Part shown: positions 18,920 through 27,114 of the stretch, piece by piece
How positions within the stretch are numbered: position 1 is the first letter of the stretch
Layout: each line of letters starts with the position of its first letter
Assembly: GCA_043797665.1 (NCBI GenBank)
Contig: JAZDPL010000068.1
Coordinates: 1-43,252 of the forward strand
Length of the DNA: 43,252 nucleotides
Source: Candidatus Omnitrophota bacterium
Lineage (GTDB): Bacteria > Ratteibacteria > UBA8468 > MWAK01
Direction: 5' to 3'
Translations under genes and position numbers: made by a program
Notes under the pieces: model-generated
Seen by the model: only the letters and a program-made list of their open reading frames with translations
What the model was told of the DNA's origin: nothing
Database searches by the model: none

Positions 18920-21511
18920 TCAGCGGTTAAAGACAATGTTGAGTTTCCCCCCTTTCTGAACGGTAACCGAATCTTTAAAGACGACCGTGATATTTGCCTG
19001 ATTCTGCTTCCGGTCGGCATCAATCTGTTTTCCCGCCAGGGTTACCAGCATATTTTTAAAAGATATTTTTCCGGAAATAAGTTTTACGTATTTCAGTTCC
19101 AGGCTGCCGTACTTGACCTCAACCGCAAATTCCGCCTTACCCCGGGAAAACTTTTGATGGTAGGTGCCCCAGCCGGAACCGACCGAGAAGAATGCGTTAA
19201 AATCGTCTTCGGATATCCTGGGAGAAAATCCAATAGTTTTTTCCGGCGCCGAATAGAAAAAACCCGATAAAGATAGAAGTAAGGCATAACTTGACATCGC
19301 CCGGGCGTAATGGTGGCCGCACTCAATCTCGTTCCAGGGATTGCGGCGTTCGCCGTCATACCGCTTCCGGACTCCCGAAACGACAGTCAGCCCTTCTTCA
19401 ATCAATCCTTCGTATATCAGATGGCTGGCGAACTGATATTCAATGCCGGTCCAAACCTCGTCTGCAAAATAGAATCCGTAACCGGGTCTTCCGCCACACG
19501 GCCATGTTCCGATGAGTAGCCCCGGTTCCTCGTTGAGTGCATAGATGCGGAGGAAGTTGGAATGTTTATGCATAGAGGGTAGCCAGTTGTATTTGAAAAT
19601 AGCTTGAAGTGCTCTGCGGATATGTTTCTGGCCAAAAAGGTACCCGAGGCCAAGCATTTCAGCGTACCACTGTCCGATCATCTGGTCGGAAAGACACCCC
19701 TTGCCGTACTGCCACTTCGGCCAGGGGAATTTGTCATCGCGGCCCCTGTCTTCTGTGATCTTACGGTAGGTTTCCGGCCAGACCAGATGGGCGTCCGGGT
19801 TTACCTTTTGTTCGTAGTATTCGCCGTTGAAGAGGTTCTTGTCGTACCAGGCAGAACCCTTCAGGAAAAGGGCGTGGTATTCCTCCGCTTTGTCATCTTC
19901 GCTGAGATGGCGGGCTATTTCCTCCGCTGCTCTTAAAGCACCCAGATAGAGACTGCCCATCATGGTGTTGGGGCCGTAGAATTCTATGTCATAAGTATTG
20001 TGCTGCATTCCCTCCATTACGCCGTCCTTATCCGCATCCCAGTATTTCCAGGCGAATTCCAGCGCTTTTTTGGTGTAAGGCCAAACCTTTTTAAGCCAGT
20101 TATCGTCTCCGCTGATTTTCCATTCCCGGTATATTTGCATTACCACGCCCATCTGACCATCGGCAGCCGGATGGTATTGCCAGTCTGCTTGCTTGCCCAG
20201 CGGCAGCGATAGCCGAAACTGGAGCATTCCGTCTTCAGCCATGTTGTTCTTGTAATCGGCCTCCCGCATTGACCTCTGCAGGTTGGGGAAGAGGTAAGGA
20301 AGCGCCTGGGCATAGTTCCAGACATGGGTGCAGGAACCCTGGCAGCAGCCACCTTCATTGCCGCATCCTTCAAATCCATAGAAAGTTCCGTCGGTGAGCC
20401 GGAGACAGGTCGTGGTCTTCAGGATTGACATCTGGGAACTGATGGCGTCAAGGACATAGGTTGGAAGTTTGGAACTGAAAAGGGAGTCGTGGAAAATCTT
20501 TGTCTCTTCGTAGAGCCGGTTGAAATTTTCCGCGACATAACCTGCCACGTCCCAGGCGTCGTCCCAAACCGTTGCGTAATAGTTCTTCCAGGTAACCGGC
20601 TGGCACTTATCAGCTTTACAGCCATCCCAGTAATGTTCGAAAATCGGGAAATACCAGGCGATAAAGAAAGGTATGGAAATGGTTTCCCCCGGTCCAATTT
20701 CAAAGTCTGCCGCAATGGTGCCGATTTCGGCTTCGCTTTTGCTTTCCTGAGGAAAATCCGCTTCTTCCGCAATCGCCTCCCAGAACTTGTTGAGACTGTT
20801 TTCTTTCCAGGACGGCCAGACCTTTGTTTTTTCCCAGGTGGTCGTCAGAGCCATGTTACCGAAACGGGGGGAATCTTCCTTGAACTTGCTGGTTGTTAAC
20901 CACAAACCGGTTAATCCGTTTCCCCTTTTTGCCTCATTCTTTCGGCCCTCTTTTTCCGGATGGCCGATCAGATTGCGCAGGTTTCCAAAAATTGTACCGG
21001 AGACTTTTTCACGGCCGGTATTCTTCAGATGATAACGCAAAACGGCCACCGGAATGCTTGAGTCTTTATCGTTCAGGGGGATGAAAGGGTTGAATGCTTC
21101 CAGAGATACCTTCAGAGGAACATCCGGATCTTCGAACTCGACGTTGGCGAAAGGGTAGCTGCCGGTGAAAGAGACTTTCCGGAAGTGCGGAAGACCTTCA
21201 CCGATATCTCTCCGTGCGGAATGTCCCCCGCCAACATAGGTTCCTCCCGCCGGTCCCTGGAGTACTTTAAGAAGAGGAACTCCTTTTTTACGATTGATTC
21301 TCAAGGAAAAGAAACTGTCCCTGAAGACAAAACCCTTGGCCGGACGGTTCATAATCTCCCATTCCCGTAATTGTCCCCAGCCGCCCAGGGAAATCATGCC
21401 GGTGCCGATGCCGCCCAGGGGGAACGAAACTTCGTCAAGGTTTCTGCCCTTTAAGGTTTTCTGCGGCCCGAATCGGCAGAGTTCTTTTTTCGGATAAATT
21501 TTCGTTCTCAT
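18920..21511 (-). CDS. GH116 family beta-glucosidase/glucosylceramidase
   Basis: Motifs: FPLGGIGTG, FNPFIP....SSIP, GSCTHVWNY, AADGQMG, QHNTYD, FNGEYY, GCLSDQ.IGQW, EVWTGIEY, RNPWNEIECGHHYARAMSS. Confidence 0.9.
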   Translation of the reverse strand: MRTKIYPKKELCRFGPQKTLKGRNLDEVSFPLGGIGTGMISLGGWGQLREWEIMNRPAKGFVFRDSFFSLRINRKKGVPLLKVLQGPAGGTYVGGGHSARRDIGEGLPHFRKVSFTGSYPFANVEFEDPDVPLKVSLEAFNPFIPLNDKDSSIPVAVLRYHLKNTGREKVSGTIFGNLRNLIGHPEKEGRKNEAKRGNGLTGLWLTTSKFKEDSPRFGNMALTTTWEKTKVWPSWKENSLNKFWEAIAEEADFPQESKSEAEIGTIAADFEIGPGETISIPFFIAWYFPIFEHYWDGCKADKCQPVTWKNYYATVWDDAWDVAGYVAENFNRLYEETKIFHDSLFSSKLPTYVLDAISSQMSILKTTTCLRLTDGTFYGFEGCGNEGGCCQGSCTHVWNYAQALPYLFPNLQRSMREADYKNNMAEDGMLQFRLSLPLGKQADWQYHPAADGQMGVVMQIYREWKISGDDNWLKKVWPYTKKALEFAWKYWDADKDGVMEGMQHNTYDIEFYGPNTMMGSLYLGALRAAEEIARHLSEDDKAEEYHALFLKGSAWYDKNLFNGEYYEQKVNPDAHLVWPETYRKITEDRGRDDKFPWPKWQYGKGCLSDQMIGQWYAEMLGLGYLFGQKHIRRALQAIFKYNWLPSMHKHSNFLRIYALNEEPGLLIGTWPCGGRPGYGFYFADEVWTGIEYQFASHLIYEGLIEEGLTVVSGVRKRYDGERRNPWNEIECGHHYARAMSSYALLLSLSGFFYSAPEKTIGFSPRISEDDFNAFFSVGSGWGTYHQKFSRGKAEFAVEVKYGSLELKYVKLISGKISFKNMLVTLAGKQIDADRKQNQANITVVFKDSVTVQKGGKLNIVFNR

Positions 21512-21514
21512 TTC

Positions 21515-22720
21515 TTATTTCCTGTTAACCACTTTTTTCATCTTTTTCATCTCCGGCGTGATGACAGACTTTCTTTTCGCTGTCTGTCGTTCCGCAGGAT
21601 TATCGAACTTAAGCAAAAGCGGCAGCCTTTTTTCCACCGGCAGCAGGTCAAACGGCTTGTGCGGTTCCAGTTGGTACCAGTAGGCGGTACTGGAGTAGTC
21701 GTTAGCGGTGTGGTTAGCGTGGCCGTGTTCGATGGTGACTTTGAGCGATTTTTTAAAATGTACCGGATTGGTTAAATGGAAAACGTAAGAGGTCTGATAA
21801 CCGCCGGCAAACCGGTTGTGGTTTGTACCGTCCCATTTAGGGTTGCGGCCGACGACCGAATTTCTTTCAAAGATGGAGGAACCGTTTAACAAAAATGCAT
21901 TTTCCTGCACACCCCATGCCTGATTAAAATAGTCCTCGCTGCCGGTGCCGTGCAGGGATGGCGGCCACTGCTCGCCGTCTACGAAGATCATATCGTCGCC
22001 TTCTCCCCACCAGGTGTCGTAGAAGTTGGTTACCGAAAGGTTACAACCGATGTAGTGGCCGGTTCCCGATGCCTCCATAATCACATAATTATTTAATTGT
22101 GCTATCTTGCCTTTGTTGACGACGTTCGCCTCCGGCGTGTTGACGTCAACCTCCGGACCCCAGCCCGGCGTCGGGTTTTCCCGGCGCCACTGGGTGTGAA
22201 GATAGGCGACATCATTATCAATCTTTCCGTCGTAGGTTTCGTAGTTCACGTAAAAATATTGATGATAGGCACGGCTGCTTTCATTGACAAGTTCTATTTT
22301 GGCGTGTCTGCGGAAAGGCATTTGCAGGTAGCAGTTTAAAGCGCAGCCGGCCCCGAATTTATAAGGATGGGCGGTGGAGGCGGTGAAGGGCAAGGAACAG
22401 AAGGAATTGACCAGGGAATGGCCCAGGCAGAAAAAGTCGCCCAGGGGGACGTTGATGCTGGGGTTCTTCTCCCCGTCCCAGTAAATTTTCAACACCACTT
22501 CCCGGTAGAGGAAAGGTTCCCCGCCCTGGGTCATCCAGAGGTGGGTGATGCACCCCGGTCCGTCTATTTCCGCCAGGAGCCGTTTTTCACCCGGCTCAAG
22601 ATTCCAGTAATCGTTATTCCTGCCGGTTACATCGTAACTGGAAACTCTTTTGGTCTTTGCCGATCTTATCCGGCAGAGTCCGGATAAGATTCCTTCACCT
22701 AACGCTCCGTTCTTATTCAC
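21515..22720 (-). CDS. DUF2961 / GH172 family glycoside hydrolase
   Basis: Motifs: SSYD.TGRNND, GPGCITHLWMT, YWDGE..PS..VPLGDFF, NCYLQMPF, WWGEGDDMIFVDGE, GTGSEDYF, TIEHGHAN, SSTAYWYQ. GGGAGGA precedes the GTG start. Confidence 0.9.
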   Translation of the reverse strand: MNKNGALGEGILSGLCRIRSAKTKRVSSYDVTGRNNDYWNLEPGEKRLLAEIDGPGCITHLWMTQGGEPFLYREVVLKIYWDGEKNPSINVPLGDFFCLGHSLVNSFCSLPFTASTAHPYKFGAGCALNCYLQMPFRRHAKIELVNESSRAYHQYFYVNYETYDGKIDNDVAYLHTQWRRENPTPGWGPEVDVNTPEANVVNKGKIAQLNNYVIMEASGTGHYIGCNLSVTNFYDTWWGEGDDMIFVDGEQWPPSLHGTGSEDYFNQAWGVQENAFLLNGSSIFERNSVVGRNPKWDGTNHNRFAGGYQTSYVFHLTNPVHFKKSLKVTIEHGHANHTANDYSSTAYWYQLEPHKPFDLLPVEKRLPLLLKFDNPAERQTAKRKSVITPEMKKMKKVVNRK

Positions 22721-22780
22721 CCCATCCTCCCTTTATGCGATAAATCACACCGCTGCACCGTTTTATTCTGCGGCAGCCCC

Positions 22781-22861
22781 TTAATATTTCGGCATACGTT
22801 CCAGGGTCAATTTCGCGCGCCCGGCAATTTCTTCCGGGACGGTTATGGCCGGCTTCAAAAG
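22781..22861 (-). pseudogene. Short 3'-end remnant resembling the quinolinate synthase NadA C-terminus
   Basis: Translates LLKPAITVPEEIAGRAKLTLERMPKY*, similar to the NadA terminal motif I.VPEEIA..A...LERM. No upstream gene body is present. Confidence 0.5.
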
Positions 22862-22898
22862 GAAATATTTTAGCCTGAGACACTAGCTTATTTATTAT

Positions 22899-22926
22899 AT
22901 TTTACTCCGATATATCTGTTTGTCAA
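22899..22926 (-). promoter_or_regulatory. Putative sigma70 promoter for the glycoside hydrolase cluster
   Basis: Minus strand reads TTGACA-16 nt-TAAAAT, with TATAAT 5 nt further downstream. Confidence 0.55.
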
Positions 22927-22933
22927 CTAAGTA

Positions 22934-22956
22934 ATTGCGACTGGAGGGTGGGGTAG
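22934..22956 (+). repeat. 23-bp G-rich direct repeat, copy 2
   Basis: Identical to 11304-11326. Confidence 0.9.
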
Positions 22957-23121
22957 AGGGGGTGGGCAGGTCCCTTCTTCCTTGCAATCGTAGCTACGCA
23001 TTATCCTGGCGTAACATCTCCCCTCGGGTGGTATCTATGTATCACTTTCCCCTGAAAAGTCCGTAATAGAGTGAAAAATAGGCAAGAAATTATCTAACTG
23101 ACAGGTTTGAACGTCTTTCCT

Positions 23122-24351
23122 TTATTTCTCTTTGTCTTGATATTTTTTCTGGATGGAGTGGATAATATCGCGGATAACAAAGAACGAGTCAACAAGTTCA
23201 GGGTCAAACTGTTTTCCTTTTTCTTCCTGAATAAGTTGTAAAACTTTCTCTTCCGGCCAGGCATCCTTATAGGCTCTCTTGGAATGGAGGGCATCATATA
23301 CGTCTGCCAGGGATACGATTCTGGCCGCTAACGGGATTTCTTTTCCCTTTTTTTTCTTATTTGTGAAGATAATTTCTCCATCTTTTTCTTCAAATTCACC
23401 CGGATAACCTGTTCCGTTCCACTTTTCGTGGTGGTTTAAACAGACTTCCGCAGACATAATATCTAAATCAGAGGTTGCATTTTGAAATAAACGTGAGCCA
23501 AAGATCGTATGGAGTTTCACAATGGTAAATTCCGATTCGGTCAATTTTGCAGGCTTTTTCAAAATAGTGTCGGAAATTCCCACTTTCCCGACATCATGTA
23601 GCATTGCGGCTATTCGTAGGTTATCCCTGAATCTTTTAACCTCTTCTTCTCTTATTCCCCGGATATTTGCCCACTTCCGGTAAATTTCGATGGAATAGGT
23701 TGCCACCCGGTTAACATGTGCACCAGTTTCAAAGGGGTCGCGTAATTCAGCCATGCGTATCATTCGTAAGAATATTTCTCGGGTCATTTGTGCTCTTTCA
23801 ATTACAACTGCTACCTGGGAGGCAAGGTACTCGACACATAATAGGTCTTCGTCGGAAAACGGAATTACCTGATCGTTGGTATTAATCTTGTTGATTATCT
23901 GTAAGACTCCCACCACAATTTCCCGGCTGGTTTTCAAAGGGACGGTTAAGATAGACTGGGTACGGTAAGAAATTTGTTGGTCAAAAGAAGGATTAAAGGT
24001 GTAGGGGAATTCAGCAGGTATGCGATAGGCATCTTCTATAATCACCGGTTTTCCTGTTAAGGTAACATATCCCACGATCGATTTATCAGTAATGGATAAT
24101 TCCTGGTTTAGATAAAGATATTTATTGCTATCGGTGGCCATTTTCGTAAAGAGCGAAGCATTTTGAACATAACCGAATCTCAGTTTTTCTCCTTCCACAA
24201 GGTAAATGGACCCGGCGTCTGCAGAAGTGAACTGTCTGGCTTCAGTCAGAATTCTGTCCATGAGGGCATCTAAGTCTTTGATATGACTAATCTTCTCGGT
24301 TACTTCGAGAAGTTTTTTGAAGATATCCAAAGGCTCTGGATTTCTATCCAT
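23122..24351 (-). CDS. GAF + HD-GYP domain c-di-GMP phosphodiesterase
   Basis: GAF motifs: ADAGSIYL, YRTQSILTVPL, VGVLQIINK. HD-GYP motifs: ELRD.FETGAHV.RV, LHDVGKVGI, HHEKWNGTGYP, ARIVSLADVYDAL..KRAYK, GKQFDP. Confidence 0.92.
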   Translation of the reverse strand: MDRNPEPLDIFKKLLEVTEKISHIKDLDALMDRILTEARQFTSADAGSIYLVEGEKLRFGYVQNASLFTKMATDSNKYLYLNQELSITDKSIVGYVTLTGKPVIIEDAYRIPAEFPYTFNPSFDQQISYRTQSILTVPLKTSREIVVGVLQIINKINTNDQVIPFSDEDLLCVEYLASQVAVVIERAQMTREIFLRMIRMAELRDPFETGAHVNRVATYSIEIYRKWANIRGIREEEVKRFRDNLRIAAMLHDVGKVGISDTILKKPAKLTESEFTIVKLHTIFGSRLFQNATSDLDIMSAEVCLNHHEKWNGTGYPGEFEEKDGEIIFTNKKKKGKEIPLAARIVSLADVYDALHSKRAYKDAWPEEKVLQLIQEEKGKQFDPELVDSFFVIRDIIHSIQKKYQDKEK

Positions 24352-24448
24352 TTTCTCCTCGACATGGACAAATTTGCTTGATTTAAGTTTGCGGTTTGAT
24401 ACTGGTCCAGGTCGTTTGTTTGGGTAATGGTTTTCCCTCCCAAATTTA

Positions 24449-24499
24449 CCTCAGCGGATTAGCAATCCGCCGCACTAAACCAGGCTATGCGACCTCTCC
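24449..24499 (-). pseudogene. tRNA-Ser(GCT) 5' fragment, left att core
   Basis: Minus strand reads GGAGAGGTCGCATAGCCTGGTTTAGTGCG-GCGGA-TTGCTAA-TCCGC-TGAGG: acceptor 5' strand, D arm and a perfect anticodon arm with GCT. No T arm or 3' acceptor strand follows. Confidence 0.85.
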
Positions 24500-24573
24500 A
24501 GTTCGTAAAACCCTTGTCCTGCAACGGTTTCCGTGGCTTTGTCAGAAACCGGACTTTCTTCCTTTTTACCAAG

Positions 24574-24591
24574 GTGTGACAGGTGTGTGAC
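24574..24591 (+). repeat. Putative integrase arm-type site (GTGTGACAGGTGTGTGAC), left
   Basis: Two GTGTGAC units 11 bp apart, identical to 41666-41683, about 70 bp inside the left core. Confidence 0.75.
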
Positions 24592-24707
24592 GAAAATCGG
24601 TAAGTGTATTTTATCATAATACCGGTCTAAATCTCAATGAGAGAAATTCCTTTCCATAAAATCCCAGCGTTCAGGGTGTCCATTCGAGGAGAAAAACGGG
24701 TGAAATA

Positions 24708-24716
24708 TGGTATAAT
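24708..24716 (+). promoter_or_regulatory. Extended -10 promoter element upstream of the Schlafen/AlbA gene
   Basis: TGGTATAAT, followed by GGAGG before ATG 24742. Confidence 0.55.
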
Positions 24717-24741
24717 TGGTTCATAATGAGGGAGGGCGTAT

Positions 24742-26256
24742 ATGGCATTACCGATTAATATTCATGAACTGCTTCACGTCCGCGTAATCGAAAGCGAGCG
24801 CCTTGAGTTCAAGGAAGGATGGAATCCGGAGGCGGTTTTGCATACGATGTGCGCCTTTGCCAACGATGTCAATAATTGGGCCGGCGGGTATATTGTGATC
24901 GGTATCGCGGAGAAAAAAGGTGTCCCGGTTTTTCCTCCGAATGGCCTTTCCCCGGCCGAAATCGCCAAGATTCAGAAAGAACTTTTGGGTTTATCGCATA
25001 AGATAAAGCCGGGATATTTCCCGGTCGTAGAGGTAACGAAGTTTGAAGGTCAGGATATTGTTATCATCTGGGTTCCTGGCGGAATGGAGCGTCCTTATAA
25101 AGCCGCGGTGAGTTTGGCTAAGGGCTCAGGATACGCGTATTATATCCGTCGCAGCTCAACAACCAGACGAGCAACCGAGTCGGATGAGCGCAGTTTAATG
25201 AAACTTGCCAACACCATTCCTTTTGATGACCGCGTTAATCATAACGCAAGTCTGAATGATCTGAACATTACCTTGATTCAGGAGTATTTGGCTGAAATCG
25301 GCAGCTCCTTATCAAACGAAGCATCAAAAATGCCGTTTGCGGATTTGTGTTTGCGCATGAATATTGTTGAAGGGCCAGCGGAGTATATAAAACCAAAGAA
25401 TATTGGTCTGATGCTCTTTAACGATAATCCTCAGAAGTTTTTCCCTGTCGCGCAAGTTGATGTTGTGGAATTTAAGGATGAGGTCGGAGATGCGTTTGCG
25501 GAAAAGATTTTTACCGGCCCCGTTCATAATCAGGTGCGCGCGGTGCTTGGCTATTTGAAAAATTTAGTGGTTAAGGAGTTTGTACGTAAGGTACCCGGCC
25601 GAGCAGAGGCAGACCGGTTTTTTAACTATCCGTACGAGGCGCTTGAAGAAGTCTTGGTCAACGCAGTCTATCACCGCAGTTATGAAGAACGTGAGCCGGT
25701 TGAAGTGCGGGTATATCCTGATAGGATTCTTGTTCTTAGCTATCCCGGGCCGTTACCACCGCTTAGCAAAAACAATATCAATAAGCCGATCGTCACTTCG
25801 CACCGATATCGCAACCGCCGTCTGGGCGATTTCCTTAAAGAGCTTCATTTAACCGAGGGTCGTTGCACCGGTTTTCCTAAGATTCGCCGGGCGCTCAAAA
25901 AGAACGGCTCTCCACCCCCTGTTTTTGAAACGGATGACAACCGGGAATATTTTATGGCAACGATCAAGATTCATCCGAAGGCGAAAAAGATGGCAGGGCA
26001 GGCTGAGGAAGAAAAACAGGATCAGGGGTTGGTAGAAGGGTTGGTAGAAGGGTTGGTAGAAAGTCAGAAGAAGATATTGGATTTGGTGAAAGACCGCCCG
26101 TCCATATCAAAAAAAGAATTAGCAGAGCATGTTGGAATTAGCGAGACCGCCGTTGATAAAAATATTGTGCAGTTAAAAAAGAAAGGGTTCTTAAGGCGCG
26201 TTGGCCCCGATAAAGGCGGGCATTGGGAGGTGGTGTGCCACCAATACCAGGAATAG
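24742..26256 (+). CDS. Schlafen/AlbA_2 domain + HATPase-like (RecG-C-type) domain + C-terminal wHTH protein
   Basis: ESERLEFKE and CAFAN....GGYIVIGI match AlbA_2. YPYEALEEVLVNAVYHRSY, YRNRRLGDFLKEL and EGRCTGFPKI match the ATPase-like domain. The wHTH ends RRVGPDKGGHWEVV. Confidence 0.88.
   Translation: MALPINIHELLHVRVIESERLEFKEGWNPEAVLHTMCAFANDVNNWAGGYIVIGIAEKKGVPVFPPNGLSPAEIAKIQKELLGLSHKIKPGYFPVVEVTKFEGQDIVIIWVPGGMERPYKAAVSLAKGSGYAYYIRRSSTTRRATESDERSLMKLANTIPFDDRVNHNASLNDLNITLIQEYLAEIGSSLSNEASKMPFADLCLRMNIVEGPAEYIKPKNIGLMLFNDNPQKFFPVAQVDVVEFKDEVGDAFAEKIFTGPVHNQVRAVLGYLKNLVVKEFVRKVPGRAEADRFFNYPYEALEEVLVNAVYHRSYEEREPVEVRVYPDRILVLSYPGPLPPLSKNNINKPIVTSHRYRNRRLGDFLKELHLTEGRCTGFPKIRRALKKNGSPPPVFETDDNREYFMATIKIHPKAKKMAGQAEEEKQDQGLVEGLVEGLVESQKKILDLVKDRPSISKKELAEHVGISETAVDKNIVQLKKKGFLRRVGPDKGGHWEVVCHQYQE
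26026..26061 (+). repeat. In-frame tandem repeat (GGGTTGGTAGAA)x3 encoding GLVE x3
   Basis: Three perfect 12-bp units in the linker before the wHTH. Confidence 0.9.
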
Positions 26257-26516
26257 AGCGCTCATCTTGGTTCTCTTTGACAGCGGTGCCAGGATAGAAG
26301 AGCTCCTCAATGTTCGGTTGGCCGATTTGACAAAGACAACCCTCAGGTCCAGCTTTTTCCCCTATGACCTATGATAGCATAAGAGTTTTCTTGAAAGAAA
26401 TAGGCCAGAGGATTCTCAAGAAGAATGTATACCCGCATTTATTCAGACACAGCTCGGCAACTTACCACTGCAATAAACTGAACCAATATCAATTGTGTTA
26501 CCGGTACGGATGGAGC
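26234..26516 (+). pseudogene. Tyrosine recombinase/integrase remnant (internally deleted, frameshifted, truncated at both ends)
   Basis: One frame reads RNRALILVLFDSGARIEELLNVRLADL (box I Arg). A second frame reads KNVYPHLFRHSSATY...LCYRYGWS (HxxR and GW). The catalytic Tyr region is missing. Confidence 0.85.
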
Positions 26517-26908
26517 AGTGCTTTTATAATTGCTTTTTTCTGCGATCCATTCATACACCAACCATAATCGTACCAGTTGATTCTGTTTAACTTCCTATAC
26601 TCGAACCGTTCGCCAATTTCTCTATATATCCTTCGAACAATATCTATTCCCTTTTTCGTCAGACCGTAAACTCGACCTGGCTCACCATTTTTAAGTTTTA
26701 AGGTAAGGCATCTGATTATTCTGCGCTGTTCGAGTTCCTTTAAAGTTTTTCCAATCTTTGGTTTGTCTTTTAGGTCAAGTCTTTTGATGACATCGCCCGT
26801 AATCTCGGAAACAGTCCTGGGTGCGTTTAATACCGCCACAATAGCCTTTTTCACTCTATTTTCACAAATATAATTATATGGGTATTGCAAAATTTTTCTT
26901 TTTTCCAT
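26498..26908 (-). pseudogene. Winged-helix DNA-binding protein, probably C-terminally truncated (tandem wHTH)
   Basis: KAIVAVLNAPRTVSEI...LKELEQRRIIRCL...GRVYGLTKKG, then a second unit starts (GSQKKAIIKAL) and runs into the integrase remnant. ATG 26908 is the likely start. Confidence 0.6.
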
Positions 26909-27066
26909 TAGACAGGGTATCTCCCAGAATTTATAAATGTTTCCGCCATGCATATTTCGCCGCAAGGTAGCCATCCAGTCGCAATTAGTTTTATTTTCAA
27001 GTATTTCCGTCAACCAACTGAAACGCCTTAGCCGCAGATTATCTATGGTAACTTCTATTTCCTATG

Positions 27067-27075
27067 TGTTATAAT
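27067..27075 (+). promoter_or_regulatory. Extended -10 element upstream of the HTH-MTase-kinase-receiver genes
   Basis: TGTTATAAT, about 40 nt upstream of ATG 27115. Confidence 0.5.
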
Positions 27076-27114
27076 GTGAAATAATGTTAAATTACATACA
27101 AGAAGAGTTTGTAT

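Noticed and set aside
24380..24504. Intact tRNA-Ser gene, or one with an intron
   Set aside because: No GTTCRAATC T-loop or CCTCTCC 3' acceptor strand was found downstream on the minus strand before the HD-GYP gene.
24396..24590. 64-aa ORF across the left att
   Set aside because: Overlaps the tRNA fragment and arm site, with no coding features.
26026..26061. Possible CRISPR or phase-variable repeat
   Set aside because: No spacers, and the 12-bp unit keeps the frame, so it cannot switch the gene on or off. No CRISPR array or cas gene was seen anywhere in the window.
26364..26567. 67-aa ORF as a stand-alone gene
   Set aside because: It is the box II fragment of the broken integrase reading through into antisense wHTH sequence.
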